Shown here piece after piece: positions 25,101 through 40,100 of a stretch of DNA of 64,000 bases. The stretch's first letter is position 1. Every line of letters starts with the position of its first letter. This DNA is from Laetmonice hystrix (taxonomy: Eukaryota). A program made the translations under genes and the position numbers. A model generated the notes under the pieces. The model ran no database searches, was not told the DNA's origin, and saw only the letters and a list, made by a program, of their open reading frames with translations. The stretch is from positions 50,780,001 to 50,844,000 of the forward strand of contig OZ249436.1 in NCBI GenBank assembly GCA_965235115.1, read 5' to 3'.

Positions 25101-28100
25101 ATTGTGATGTTTGCAGGGGTGCTTCGTGAAAGAGGCATGAAGCAAAGGTAGGGACTCTGAGCATACGGCATGAAAATGTTACGAATATTTAGTGATCTCT
25201 TGCATTTTGGTGAATTATCCAGGTCTAAAATTTCTACTTTATGTCTATAGAAAAATAACCACAAAAATGTCTTTCTTTGGTGGATTTAAGTCGACAACGG
25301 AAACAGGTATAAGGGCCTAATATAAAAATTGTTAAGGGAATTTATTGAAACATATTTATGTAAATTTTAAGTATTATCCGCCAAGAATCTGACGAGCACT
25401 GCATAGGCCTATGATATACCCGGACTCCATTAATCTTTCTGTAGTTAATATTATCTACATGAACAGCCTCTTCAATTTACCCGTATATTTTTATTACTTC
25501 ATGTTCAAGTGATGTTATTTTCTAGAACAAGCATTACGTTAGGACCAACACAATTGCCTGTTAAAATTTGCCACCGAGACGCGATTCTCCCTTTGAAAGC
25601 CAGATGGCGCCAGGGTAGGACTCACCAGCTCGACACGACCGAAGCCCCCAACTCCAAGCGTAGCGACGATGCATAGATCACCTAGCTTAAGGGCACTCAG
25701 TCCGTCTGGGATATCATCCCGTTCTTGTCTGGGAGAGGGAAAGTAGTGCATGACGGGTTAGTTATTCTGCATGGTTTAGTGAACGGATCCGCCGTAAGAG
25801 GGCAGCAGGTGTTGTGTGGTAGGCGTCCGATGGTTTCACCAGGGAGGGGTTTCACATGGAGGGGAGGTGGAAAGCGCATTTTGAGCATAACATCGTAACC
25901 CTATACCGGGCAAACATAAAAGTTATGATCGAAGCCACAAACAAATATTTTAATTAAAAAAAACGTGTGCCTCAGGCTAGGAAAACGAAGTGAGTACAGA
26001 TTATAGGCCCTTAATTACGAATCCCTCTTTCCATCTCTCCCAGTTACAATGTTTCGAGACTCTTCCAAAGCCAGTTAAGTTTTTAAACGTGTTCCGAGCC
26101 TGTTATCCAATCATGTGATGCCATGTAGACAATGTGCCCCAAGGAGTCTGCTACACATCTCTAGTACTAGAGTATAGTACCATTCTTTTGGAAACAAATG
26201 GATTTGATCCCCGAAAATAGCCTTCCCCAGGATGTGGAGTGTCTAGGCCCTGTCTATATATCGCCTCTTCACGCTGACAAATGACGCTGGCCTCGGCTCC
26301 TCTTCAATTCTAATCCTGGGGCGAATACGAAATAGGTGTGTACAAATTGATCCTCATCTCCAGGGTAAAACTTGTTGGAGATGGTATACATGTCGAGGGC
26401 GTGGGATCTATGGAAACCAGCAGTCAGTGAATGGTGGACGCCTACTGATCATGGTCTCCGTGAACCGCGCAACAACTGGTACCGTGCAGGCTCCACTGGA
26501 TTAACATCCAGGATTAGTAGAAGCAGCGTCGTTCCTGAATCCACCATACCTGTATTTATACTAATCTGTCCAGATCAACCTTCCCCAGCTACTTATAAAA
26601 GTAAAAATATCCATGAAGTTGCGCGTGGTGGATGCAGTAACGTCATGTTTCAGGTTATGCTGCAGTTTTGCAAGAATGCGCAGTTAGTGGACCGTGTCAT
26701 AGACAGGCAGTGGCTTCCAACATCAAAGTCTGGCTTCCTTACCAGTTTAACCCGTCCGAAGCCACCGATACCGATGACAGATACGGTGTCTATATCTTGG
26801 ATCATCAGTCTCCGGAAATACGGGTCCTTGCTATATTTAGGAAGTGATAAATAAATCCACACGCAAACATGATAATCACTTAATTCATTCTGGATTAGAT
26901 GAAGATTAATAAACTATCAGCGGCACTCGGCGTCATCTCCGTCTGCTTCCGGTCTACTGCAGCGAGCTGATCTACGTGAATACTCTAAAAATAGGGTCGT
27001 TCAAACGTTACGTAACGTAATATCAGCCTGTCTATACAACTCCCGACTTGTATCTAATGAATCAGAATATGACCTCTGGTAAGGCACTACATAGATAAAG
27101 CTCCTCCATTTCTCAGTTGCTAGATTCGAACGTGTACGGTAATAGGCTCAGGTCTGAAGACAGTGAAAACACTTCATGCATAGTTGATAACTAACAAGAA
27201 TAATCCTTTGTGCAACGTGAGCTAAGTCACAACGTGCCTTGCCCATAATGCTCCCTAACGAATCTAATTACCCTTCGTCTTTTAGGTGGTACGTAATCTT
27301 TGAACGGCCCTGGAACAACGTGGCATAAAACATACTAACAATATGTCTAGACTCTTATCACGTTTAATCGGCCCTAGAGACGTCTGCTTGCTCGAAAAAA
27401 AACAACAAAATATTGTGACATTGGTACACTGAAAAAATAGAGAAGTCAAAATATAAGACAAAACAAACAAAATAATTAGTGCCACTAGTAGTTGTGTATG
27501 TACATCACAGAATGGAAATCTAAATATTATAATACACAAAAACATTACTGCACAAAATCCCGAATTTCTGGGATACCTGACAACAACATCCGATACACAG
27601 ACCGAAAACACACCTCAGGAATATCCTGCCAAGCATAAACATAATACGGATTTAGAATTTTTTTAAATATGTAGGGGCATATTTACAAAGGATGGGCGAA
27701 CAAGGATGCCCCATCTCCCAGTCTTTGTCGTTAATGAGACAGTCGGACGAGAACCCAAATAAAATTGTATAATTATTGTCAAATAAATCCCCAGGTACCC
27801 AAACTTGGTGGTGGGTGTAATATCCTGCCCCTTCTACTTAAATAAAAAAAAATCCCTGACACAATTATCATTGATCGCCTATGACATTGTCAATACAACA
27901 TACCGGGCTACATACGAGGGGCATCCCTGGTGTTTGTAAGAGTCCCAACACCACCATTATCACTGACCACTTGGAACAATCATAGATTCAACTATTCGTG
28001 TCAGAACAAGTTTGGCGGATATCTAGGGGAAATACTTACACATCGTTCTTAGCTTCATCGCCATATTCGACATGGATTTCGTCTATATCACGTATAAGCT

Positions 28101-31100
28101 GTGTGTAGGCACTGAAAGAGGCAGGAGCAAAGGTTATATAAGATATGTTATGTACATACATGTAATCTATTATGTAACATTGAATGTTATCCATTCTCTA
28201 TCAACTCATATAAGATTATTAGATTCTATAAGATTATTACAGCATAATTATTATCATATTATCACGCGTTATGAAACTAATTTCTGAGTTATTCAACTCG
28301 CTAAATCTGTCCCTAATATGAATGCACAAGCCTACTTCATATGACGTAGGCTACGGTCGTATACATACAGCACAAATACTTTATGACAGTACATGTATAT
28401 GGTGGATTTGAAAACAACTTAGGGGAAACGGCCATACTTTAGACAGAATCGGTGCCAGTGTAAACCTAAACCCCTCCCCCCCCGTCCCGCCAAGGGTCCC
28501 AACATGTAGGGTCTCCGGCCCACTTCGTGCGCAATCCGAGACTGCCACCCACACGCATGCTCATCCCTGGGTAACCACAAGTACGGTAGGCTATGCCATA
28601 ATGCTACATCATCATGGGCGAAAAATATAGAATTGGAATTATCTCAACAGACAGACATATCGTAAATTGGCTTCAAAACAGGCTGTCAACGGCAGCAGTA
28701 GGCTATCCTCTCGGTGCAGGCTTAGGCCTACACATGGCGTAATGAACAGCCAGTAAACCACTGTCAACGGCAGCAGTAGGTCATTCTCTCGGTGCAGGTT
28801 TACACATGGCGTAATGAACAGCCAGTAAACCACTGTCAACGGCAGCAGTAGGCCATCCTCTCGGTGCAGGTTTACACATGGCGTAATGAACAGCCAGTAA
28901 ACCACTGTCAACGGCAGCAGTAGGCTATCCTCTCGGTGCAGGTTTACACATGGCGTAATGAACAGCCAGTAAACCACTGTCAACGGCAGCAGTAGGCTAT
29001 CCTCTCGGTGCAGGTTTACACATGGCGTAATGAACAGCCAGTAAACCACTGTCAACGGCAGCAGTAGGTTATCCTCTCGGTGCAGGTTTACACATGGCGT
29101 AATGAACAGCCAGTAAACCACTGTCAACGGCAGCAGTAGGCGATCCTCTCGGTGCAGGTTTACACATGGCGTAATGAACAGCCAGTAAACCACTGTCAAC
29201 GGCAGCAGTAGGTTATCCTCTCGGTGCAGGTTTACACATGGCGTAATGAACAGCCAGTAAACCACTGTCAACGGCAGCAGTAGGTCATTCTCTCGGTGCA
29301 GGTTTACACATGGCGTAATGAACAGCCAGTAAACCACCACTCACGCAGGTAGTGACCCTCGTCAATAGGCTTTCTACTGTTACAGAAGCCAGGTGTAATG
29401 TTCGCCGTTTGGTTACTAAACGGATTCCCAGCAGGTATATCCGAGGTACACCAGGCAGGACAATGGTCTACAATAAACGTCGAGTCCGGTTTGCCTGCCG
29501 CTTGGTCATCCTCAGCAACCTTCGAGGAAGGGCGGGGACAAATGGGCTTGGGAGTGGGGGGCTAGGCACCTCCAAGTTGATCTACTAAAATTCTGGGAAA
29601 GATTACCCCAGAACCCCCACCTCCAGTGGCAGAATACGAAAAATATTGATGGATGTCATATAAATTAGTTATACTAGAACCCTTTTTCTATACCCATAAT
29701 GGCCTACGGACCTCCCCCAAAATTAAAAAGTCAATCTAAGACTTATTAAGGTGTCCTTACTAAGCATCGGTCCAGTAATTGTCAATCCGTTTCCAGGGGA
29801 TTTGTGCTGTGTACGCCAGCGGGCAGGAGGGCGGTCCTCCCTGACTATCCAGGTTCCCGATATAGGCATTGCTCAGCCAGTCTATTTGTAGCCGCCATCG
29901 TGTCATATCGCCCTGTACAAAACAAGAGTTCCTAGTCCTGTATCGGCCGGTGTATACAGACGGTTCCCGGTAGGCCTACATCCTCAGCCACTCTTGTTGC
30001 GTGCAGTACTGTTATCAAGGGATTTCCCACGAACTGAATTCGTTACTCCGTCGATGTTCCTCCAAGGCGAGTCGCTCACCAACCGGTGCGAAAGCGTCGT
30101 TGCTATTAGCCTAATAATATTGGTACACCTCGGTAAATCCCTGAGACTGGCCGGATTAGAGTGACCTAGCTCTGGAACGTGGATTAAATATGAAGTCTGT
30201 CTCGTCTCGACTTCCTTGCAATAACTGCTGTAGGTAATGCGGATCGAAACTTTAGTACGTGACCGTTACAGCGAGTTTATTGTCTTCACATGCTCTTTCC
30301 CTCGGAAACCTCGCCCGGGCGTTACGTAACACTTATTTTTGTGCTGTGTCGCCTCACTGGGGAATCGTACTAACACACGGGCTCCTCAAACAAAGCGTGG
30401 CTTACACTTAGCCTCCATCCACATGCCCGTCAACCCCCGCTCCTTTAACCCCTAGCCTACCTGTAACACTGGCCAGATGAAAGGACCACACTGATGTACC
30501 AATATCACTGCCACCAGGTGTGTGTTTCTATAGTACAAACCTACCACTGAACGACTATTAACACACACCTGATGTACCGGTATCACTGCCCCCAGGTGTG
30601 TGTTTCTATGGTACGAGTTAACCTACCACTGAACGACTATTAACACACATCTGATGTACCGGTATCACTGCCCCCAGGTGTGTGTTTCTATGGTACAAAC
30701 CTACCACTGAACGACTATTAACACACATCTGATGTACCGGTATCACTGCCCCCAGGTGTGTGTTTCTATAGTACAAACCTACCACTGAACGACTATTAAC
30801 ACACACCTGATGTACCGGTATCACTGCCCCCAGGTGTGTGTTTCTATGGTACGAGTTAACCTACCACTGAACGACTATTAACACACATCTGATGTACCGG
30901 TATCACTGCCCCCAGGTGTGTGTTTCTATGGTACGAGTTAACCTACCACTGAACGACTATTAACACACATCTGATGTACCGGTATCTCTGCCCCCAGGTG
31001 TGTGTTTCTATGGTACAAACCTACAACTGAACGACTATTAACACACATCTGATATACCGGTATCACTGCCCCCAGGTGTGTGTTTCTATGGTACGAGTTA

Positions 31101-34100
31101 ACCTACCACTGAACGACTATTAACACACATCTGATGTACCGATATCACTACCCCCAGGTGTGTGTTTCTATGGTACAAACCTACCACTGAACGACTATTA
31201 ACACACATCTGATGTACCGATATCACTGCCCCCAGGTGTGTGTTTCTATGGTACGAGTTAACCTACCACTGAACGACTATTAACACACATCTGATGTACC
31301 GGTATCACTGCCCCCAGGTATGTGTTTCTATGGTACAAACCTACCACTGAACGACTATTAACACACATCTGATGTACCGATATCACTGCCCCCAGGTGTG
31401 TGTTTCTATAGTACAAACCTACCACTGAACGACTATTAACACACATCTGATGTACCGGTATCACTGCCCCCAGGTGTGTGTTTCTATGGTACGAACCTAC
31501 CACTACACGACTATTAACACACATCTGATGTACCGGTATCACTGCCCCCAGGTGTGTGTTTCTATGGTACAAACCTACCACTGAACGACTATTAACACAC
31601 ATCTGATGTACCGATATCACTGCCCCCAGGTGTGTGTTTCTATGGTACAAACCTACCACTGAACGACTATTAACACACATCTGATGTACCGGTATCACTG
31701 CCCCCAGGTGTGTGTTTCTATGGTACGAACCTACCACTGAACGACTATTAACACACATCGGATGTACCGGTATCTCTGCCCCCAGGTGTGTGTTTCTATA
31801 GTATGCACCTACCACTAAACTGCTATTAACACACATCTATCGCATTTCACAGATTTATCTTTAAGCACCTGCATTCTGACCTCGATGTCGACTGGTATAA
31901 CGTTGTTATTGGTCTAAATAATATGACTGTTTTCTTCGAATTAATTCACGTAAGTCCAATATGTCAATAGATAGATGGATAATTTATTGATTGAAAATCT
32001 TGACATAAAGTACAAAGTATGCAATCAGGATTGGCGAGCAGGGCAGACAGCCGTAACTAAGGCAGACTTCAATACTAAGGCAAAAAGTTGTAACATGGCC
32101 CTCGGGGCAAAACTTAAGTCAGGAGTTCTATAAGCATACAGGTATCGTCTGTATATCTTCGAAATGATTACTGTGAAAGTATTCAAATGATTCTACGCGA
32201 CAAACCGAAATCCCAGAGACTGTGCTTTTATAGGACTACGCAATGGGTCTCCCCAGTTTATTGTACACCATAATCTTCATGACTACGACTTGACCCACAA
32301 GAAAAAAAGAAGAAATCGTTCAACAGCTCTATTTACGCGGCTAGGGACCTCGTCTATGTCGATACATTCGTTAAAGTTTCGACAACGTTTATCTCCATTT
32401 CAATTGCCAATAAGTCAAAGGACATTAAGTACTTTAACATTGATTTACTTTGTCCTCAGAAAAACCATGACCAGAACGAGGTCCTGTTTATTATCGAGTT
32501 GTCAATAACTATACATAGCCCTGTTATCAAAATATCTGGTTCTTGGAGGACTTTGTTGAAAGAGTCATCTCTCGGTATAATGTTTAATGTATACAACATG
32601 GACATATATGTGCTTCACAAACAGCCACCGCACAGAAACATAACATGACAGGAGAGTTTGTAATTGGCTTCATCAGTTCATTCTCAAATATACACTATAA
32701 AACATCATCATATCTTTTTTTCACAACGCTATCAAGGAACAGTAATGATATTTTAATGATACCGAAAACTAATCAGAATATGAAATTTAGGACTGCCTTA
32801 ACAACTTTTGATATGATGTTGTATCGTGTATAGATTTACACAGCAGTATAGTCCTCATACATCTTGAGATCTCACTCTTTACAAAGTCTCCATTACAATG
32901 AGGTGATGGTGTGGTGGTTGGTAGGTAGGTGGGTGGCTGGGTGGGACGGGGCGGGGGCGGGGGTGGGAGCGGGGACGGGGCGGGGGCGGGCGGGGGCGGG
33001 CGGGGGCGGGCGGGGGCGGAGAGTCCGGACTGTTACTTCATGTATACCGGTACTCATTACAATAAGGTGTGATGTCTTCAGTCTCCTTGCTCGTGTCAGC
33101 CGACAGTAACTGTGCTCCCACCGGGGCGCTCCTACCGTGTACTGTCCACATTGTCCCGCCAGGAATCTCTCCCGCTCCCACCGACCACATGTACCCGGGA
33201 GACTGAGAGTATATCGGACTATCTCCGTCTCATGTTTCCCCGCATGTTCCCCATGGATTGAGAGATGACGCGAGGCCTTCTACACTCCTGTACGCGGGCC
33301 TAAAGTTGGTTGTTTGCTTCCACCACCGGAGACCAACGATATTTTAAAGTCCGCGGCCCACAGTGAATTGTTGATTTTATTGTAGAGTAAAAACATGTAC
33401 AGACATTCTGAACGCATGCCTGAGAGGAAGGACTTTAACCCCGAAAGGGTTGACCTGTTATACGTTTTCAGAATGTTATGCTTCCCTCCCTTCCGTCGGG
33501 TCTGACACCAGTCAGTATGTACAATATACCCCTCTGTCAGGCTCAGGTCTGGTCTGGTCTACCGGTCGGCCATGTGATCTTCACAAGAAATCACCACCAT
33601 CATTATCGTCATGAGCATCGTGACGACAACCAGCATGGTAATAGACTTTTTCCCCCTACGACTGGCTTTCGTACTAAATGAAAACTTATCTGTCAGAACC
33701 AGAGAAAGATTCACATTGAATAAATGTCACGAAACAACAACTTACTCTCGGTCAAGGCACAAGCAGTCGACACCCTCGGGATCATAGGCAATGATACTTG
33801 CTGTTCGTACGTCTTCTCTGAGAATGAAACAGTGAGGACAAATCACTATAATACCCATTGTATAGCAAATGAAAAACCAAACGAAATCCTGGTTTATATA
33901 TTATATTATTGCAATACGACAGATATCATATTAAAAGTAGCAGGACCTTCAGAACCCCGGGAATATCAAGGATAACTAACTTCAATACTGCCAACAGGCG
34001 CGTTTGGTCTTTATAAATAGGGATACATATAGCCTCCCATTATCTAAAATCGCGTAATTGTGGTATATTTAGCATCATATTCTCACCTCGGTTTCAAATA

Positions 34101-37100
34101 CATGTGCATGTCTATCGTTTTATGATTCATTATTAAAGAAAACGCCAAGTGTTATCCGAGTACTTTATCAAATATTCACTCAAAGATAGAGTGCGTATAT
34201 AATTAGGACCTATGTACATTGGTAGAAATCAGTTTGAAGGGAGAGAGTATTTATATTTGTTCAAACACACACTGGTTTATTCCTGTTAACACCGCAGAGC
34301 AACTTAAATCATAAATCGTCATGACACTTATAAATGTGTCCACCTCAACGTCGTCATTACTTGAAACACAAATAATTGCGTCCTTTTGTTAAACATACAA
34401 CTATGGTTAGACTTATTAGTAGCAGAGGCCCAAGCCAATAATCACTAATAACTAAAACGCCTCACGAATGTTTCACTGTCCTGGCTTGCCAAAGCACCGG
34501 AAGCCGTCTGGTCAGAAACTGCGTCATTTCCGGTTTCATTTGACCTGTTGATTTATTCATTCCTACGCTTTTTTTGAGAAAATTCTTCTGCACGTCCTCC
34601 ATTTTTCCTCTCTCCAGCATTAGCCTTAAACATAACTGTCTGCTGTGGCCTGTTTACATCTCTGAGACGTGTTATGATATTATTTATAATATATGATCGC
34701 CTGATTACGAAAATCAAACAGTTTACAGCAAAAAATGAAAGCTGGCCTTTTCCTATTGCTATAGACTTATAAAAGGCGTTCAAACATTCTATATACAGGC
34801 GCTATACGATAATAGGGTCGGGAATAACTTGATGAAGACCTATAGGAACAATAATTATTATGACTGAATCCAACCCCCAGCATCCAATCCAAAATCAGCA
34901 TGAAATGGTACAGCACTGTAACCGAGAAATAATATAATGATTCAAGCACACTGCCACGGGTTGCATTCACGATGGGTTGGGAAGATCAACTCAAGATCTT
35001 TATTAGAAAATTCGTTAAAAAACAGAATAAGAAAAGCCGAACGGGTGTTATGTATAACCCCCGACATTGAGAACAACGGGATATACATCCTTAACTTCAT
35101 CCAAATGTACACGAAAATCGCCAAGTTCGCAGCTGGTTGGTGGAAAGCTTTATGAGATTCATTCTTAATCCGTTGGCTGTGAATTATATCTGTGCAAGGT
35201 TCTGTGTCATACTCCACCAAGTATACATAGCAACCACGATGGCAAAGATTATCGTCTCTAATCTAGTTTCTTTGACCATAATTATGTCTTTAGGTTACAT
35301 CGCATTCTCTGAAATCACTGAAATAAACTGAAAGGACGGTCAAATCTATTTTTAAAGTGTGTGCAACCTTGGAAAATTTGGGTTTAACAATTGCCATCAT
35401 AACAACTTTAACCAAAGAGCTGCGCTACTGAATGGCAAGAACGAGGTACAATTGAATGCTATATTGAACTGGTCAATGCATTCCCAGAGTATACTGCTCT
35501 TTGGCCCACTGAGAACTAAATGAAGGGGCTAAGTAAAGTAATAAATATTAATATTTACATGATATGGCTGAAACAGAGGTGATATCACAAATAATGAGAA
35601 CAAAAATGGCACGAGGTTTCACGAAAATGTCATTATTTCTCGACGCCTGCTTTATCTTGACTTGTCACCTGGAACCCCTTCCATGGAACCTTACTTTTTA
35701 TGATAACTGCCACCAAATCATTAGGAACGTATCCAATATATTCTTTACTATTATCTTCAACTTTAAAACCAGTTTGACTGAGTGACATTTACAATGAGTA
35801 AGCCAGATAGACCACAATTAGAGACAGGTACAGGTGTGGGGCCAGGACAGGCTATACGGACATGCCGTAAATTAGGCTTTACGGACACGCCGTAAATTAA
35901 ACACCTACGTTTCTAATGCTTTCTCGCCAAAGAAGTCTCCTTTCTGTAGCGTTCGTATGAATGTTTCCTCGGTGCTTGAAGGCTGTTTTTTGGTCACTCG
36001 TACCTGCAGACATGAAACGGTTGGTCTAATAAGCAGAGTTTAAAACGTGATACTGCATCCAATACTAGTCTTACACGAGATCATAAATACAATGTACACG
36101 TCGTGGTCAGCCGATTCTTACCTTTCCTTTAGCGATGACGTAAAATGTATCCCCACGCGCCCCCTGACGGATGATATATTCACCATTCTCATAGTGACTC
36201 TGACGGGATGAGACGGAATGCAAGCATTATTTTGATTTATAATCATATTTACAGCCACTCAAATATAATAAAGACAACATAGTCAATAAAATCAGCACCG
36301 TTACTAAAAGGTAAACAAGTAAATAAACTTAGCAACATATATCAAGAAACAACGAGACTGAGGCTTAAGAATTGTACATTGGCAATCGAGCCTAAATCTC
36401 GACTAAAGAAGGCAGCGCGGAGAAAGCTAAAATAACATTTCAAAATATAATAATAATAATTAACTCAAAAAATCGCGAAAGAGTTGGCTAGGTACTGCTG
36501 GACTCTTTTAATTGCCGTGACTTTGTGTAAACGGAATGTGTCGGGTTGTGAGCGACCCCTAGTGGAAACGAAACAAACCTCCTCGAGCGCGTCCGCTATC
36601 TTGCCCAGGGTTTCTTCGTGCAGATGACGAAAGGTTGGAACACTGGATACAACAAAGAAAGACAAAGGTTCTTATTAAAATCATCATTCATCAATTATAA
36701 ATCATGTAAAATAGATCAGGCCTACTACCAACCTGACTATTATATAGGATGTTATTGTAGTTAACAGTATCTCTCGACTTTTGTAGGGGGCCGACGTTAA
36801 TGAGCCGGGCCCTGGATGACCGTACAAGCAATCGGTAACTTTTACCAAGAGCTAAGTGCACTGAGAACTTCTGCAGGTATGCCACAACCATAACAAGATG
36901 TTAAGTTTAGTATTATTGTATGTCGAGAAGGTATCCTGAGGCACTGGGTTATGAAATCGAGGCGAACATGTTCCACTTAGATGATGATTGGCTGTGTACG
37001 GACCCAGCCTGAACTTGAACATGAATGACAATTTCTAATACCATCCTACTTTCAAAGTCCCACAAGGAGTATGGGTGGCGAACAAGCAGCACTAAGTACA

Positions 37101-40100
37101 GACACACAAGCTTTCTCTGGCGCAGCGACACCATTACTGTACCTTTTGAGGAAATCCATGTGTTCTTTGTGCCGTAAGAGGCCTGTTTTCATCATGATAC
37201 TCTGGAAGCACTGTCGGTCGATGGCCCATAACTTGCAGGTAGTCATGGCTAGAAAAACCACGGCATACTGAACGGCATAGTTGAAACCTTATTATGATTT
37301 CTTTCACATATTACCATGATGAGCAGCACTGGCGTAATTGGATGAATGAAGGGTTGGTAGTTTTGCCCACGTCAGGCGAAAGTGTCATAACATTACATCA
37401 CAGAATTGAAATTTGCTGCTTAAGCTGACGAGCTGGTAGCGTCTCAAGCTCACGGTGCGTGACCTTGAACAGTAAAATGTCGAGCTGTCATGTTGATGTT
37501 CCACTGTATACTACTTACCTCTAACAGAAGCAGTTCGCGTACAGTTGTATAGAATGGCCAATTCTCCGAACACTTTGGCCGGCCCCATGGTGGACAGCTT
37601 GGTCCCGTCCTTCGTCACCTCAACCTTACCCTCTGTGGGTACGAGTATATGGATATAACGGTACAACATACGTGTATGATACATATTTCACACCATGCAC
37701 CCTCTTTGTCTGGCCCAACAGTACAGTAGGTTACACAATATACACGAGGGAGGTTGCTGATGGTCAGGCGTAGCGGATCCGAGATGTTCGCATTTACAGT
37801 ACATACGGCTTATACAATTTACCACTGAACACGCTGCAAAATTTTCTTTCTATAAATATACAAGGACATCTTGGCTCTAAATTTTTGGCAACCCCAAAGG
37901 GGGCGTTAATCCAGTCCTTCCAGGTGAGTGGGCCTATAGCTTGTCAGTTGCATGGGGGACACACCATGCTTTAATATACATTGGCTTTATACGCAAAGTA
38001 CTTGTAGCCTTAGCCAAGATGTACTAACCCACCCTTCCCTCTACTCTTGATTCTAGACTATCATTAACACGCAATCCCTCTCATACTCGGACACATCAAA
38101 CAGGGTTTATTAATCTCTCTCAGCGTGGGGCCGTCCCTGTCTGTCTCCTCCCTAACGCAAGGCGTGTGCACGCGGTGCAAGACCCTATGATTATAGTAGT
38201 ACATGAAAATGGGAATATGATGCAGGGAGCAACTTCACTTTGCCTGCCGCTTTTGAATGTTTCTGATTCATACCAGATATATTCATACCAGATATGGGCG
38301 TGGATTCATACCAGATATATGGGTGTGGATTCACACCAGATGTGGCTGTAGATTCATACCAGATAAGGGTGTGGATTCATACCAGATGTGGATGTGGATT
38401 CATACCAGATAAGGGTGTGGATTCATACCAGATGTGGGTGTGGATTCATACCAGATGTGGAGATAAGACGACACGATGTGAGATTTTACCTTGATATTAA
38501 ACATCTAGAAACCGTGTGGTTTCAAAGGTAAAACTGTAAACTACCTCCTTACGTAGGTCATGGAGAGTCATTTTGAAGGCTGATACTGGAAATCGAGATG
38601 ATTTATGCTATAGCTTGGCTGCGTTAGCTTGGCAGCCCATACTTTTATGTCCAAATGGGATAACCCTCAACTGTAGGGGACATGAGTATTATTTTGTAGA
38701 AACGATACATTTTGTGCTTACGTAATTAGTGAGAGAACGTAATTAGTTCTGACTACAGGACTCCAGTCTTAATCCCTCCGCCTCAGGTATCACCGATGAA
38801 CTCAATATGGATAATCACCCCCTGTCGTCACAATGACAATAACGTACTGTCCCCCGTAATACAACGTTCGCCCTGAATCAAACTGTGCTAATAATAGGCG
38901 TTACAATGATAAAATCAAACTCTCATATTGATCATCTGCTGTCATATCCTTGAGACGACCCGATCCGACATCTGCCTACTTCTGATCCGACACCTAAGGA
39001 GCTTGCATGATTTATTGAGGTGTTACATTCGCCCTGCGCGTAGTTCATCAGAACGGATAGACGTATCACGTGATCTTGTGATTGAGTATGATATCTAGGA
39101 TCACATGGAAGGGCCTAGCTTTGTATATCGCCAGCAAGACTTCCCTTCAACCTGATATCAAAGCTACCTCACCGTGCTTTTTCTATTTAGGGGTTCCTTT
39201 GTGAAATATGTATCTACAGAACGGTTTACAAGAGAGCGTAGAGATTACGTCATTTTGACGCTTATATTAACATAAGCTTTCCATTCCAAGATTTCGCAAG
39301 GATTCCTGAGTGCACCATCATTTCCTCATTTCCGGAACTGATAATTTCCACGTTCTGCTACCCGTACTGTAGATACAGATTTCACAAAGGAACCCCTCAA
39401 TAGATAAAGCCGAGTGCGGCGTTGGGGAACCCACCTTCCATGACGTAGACGAGGCTGCCTATGTCACCCTCGCGGATGATCAAGTTGTCCATCTCGTATT
39501 GTACAGGGTACATACAGTCGACAATTTCTTTGATCTGTGACATGTCCAGATTCTTCATAAAGTCGTTGTCCAAGATGGCCGCTTTGATCAGATCTCGGGA
39601 ACTGCAAGTAAAACATATAAATCGTATAAATAGAAATAACAAACACGGCTATGGAAGTGTGCAGTCTTTGCATTGTGACGGTGGTTAGACGTCCTGTTCA
39701 TCGTCATACAACTTCAGTCTTCAGTGTACAGTCCTGTAGACCCAACTGATACAGACCCCCCCCCCCACTCCCCTGATGTCTATGGATACCGGGCGCGCTG
39801 GCCACCGGACCGAGGTAAAATAGGCCTTGGATGAGAGTTCTGGAAAATCCTTACGCCTCCAGCAGTGTCACACTTTTTGTGTGGTATTAAAAATCTGTTC
39901 TCTCTAATGAAAAGGCTGATGAGAAAATATCTTAAATGAATTGGGCCTACTTACGTTACAGATAATAATGTCCTATATGTCTGAAACAATTTAGGACATC
40001 TCAGAACGTCTCCGACTGTGGGATAGTAAAATATCAGACTTACTTTCAAAAAAGGTCTTTCTCTCCATACTTATTTCAGTTCACTGTTGAATTGAATCAT

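Noticed and set aside
26514..26549. Possible terminal exon [11 protein letters not shown] after exon 10a, giving a kinase-less isoform
   Set aside because: The acceptor has no pyrimidine tract and the peptide has no convincing homology; unsupported without transcripts.
28639..31836. 233-aa and 192-aa minus-strand repeat ORFs inside gene A intron 8
   Set aside because: They are open only because the unit lengths (72, 78) are multiples of 3; there is no PKG similarity and no supporting splice context.
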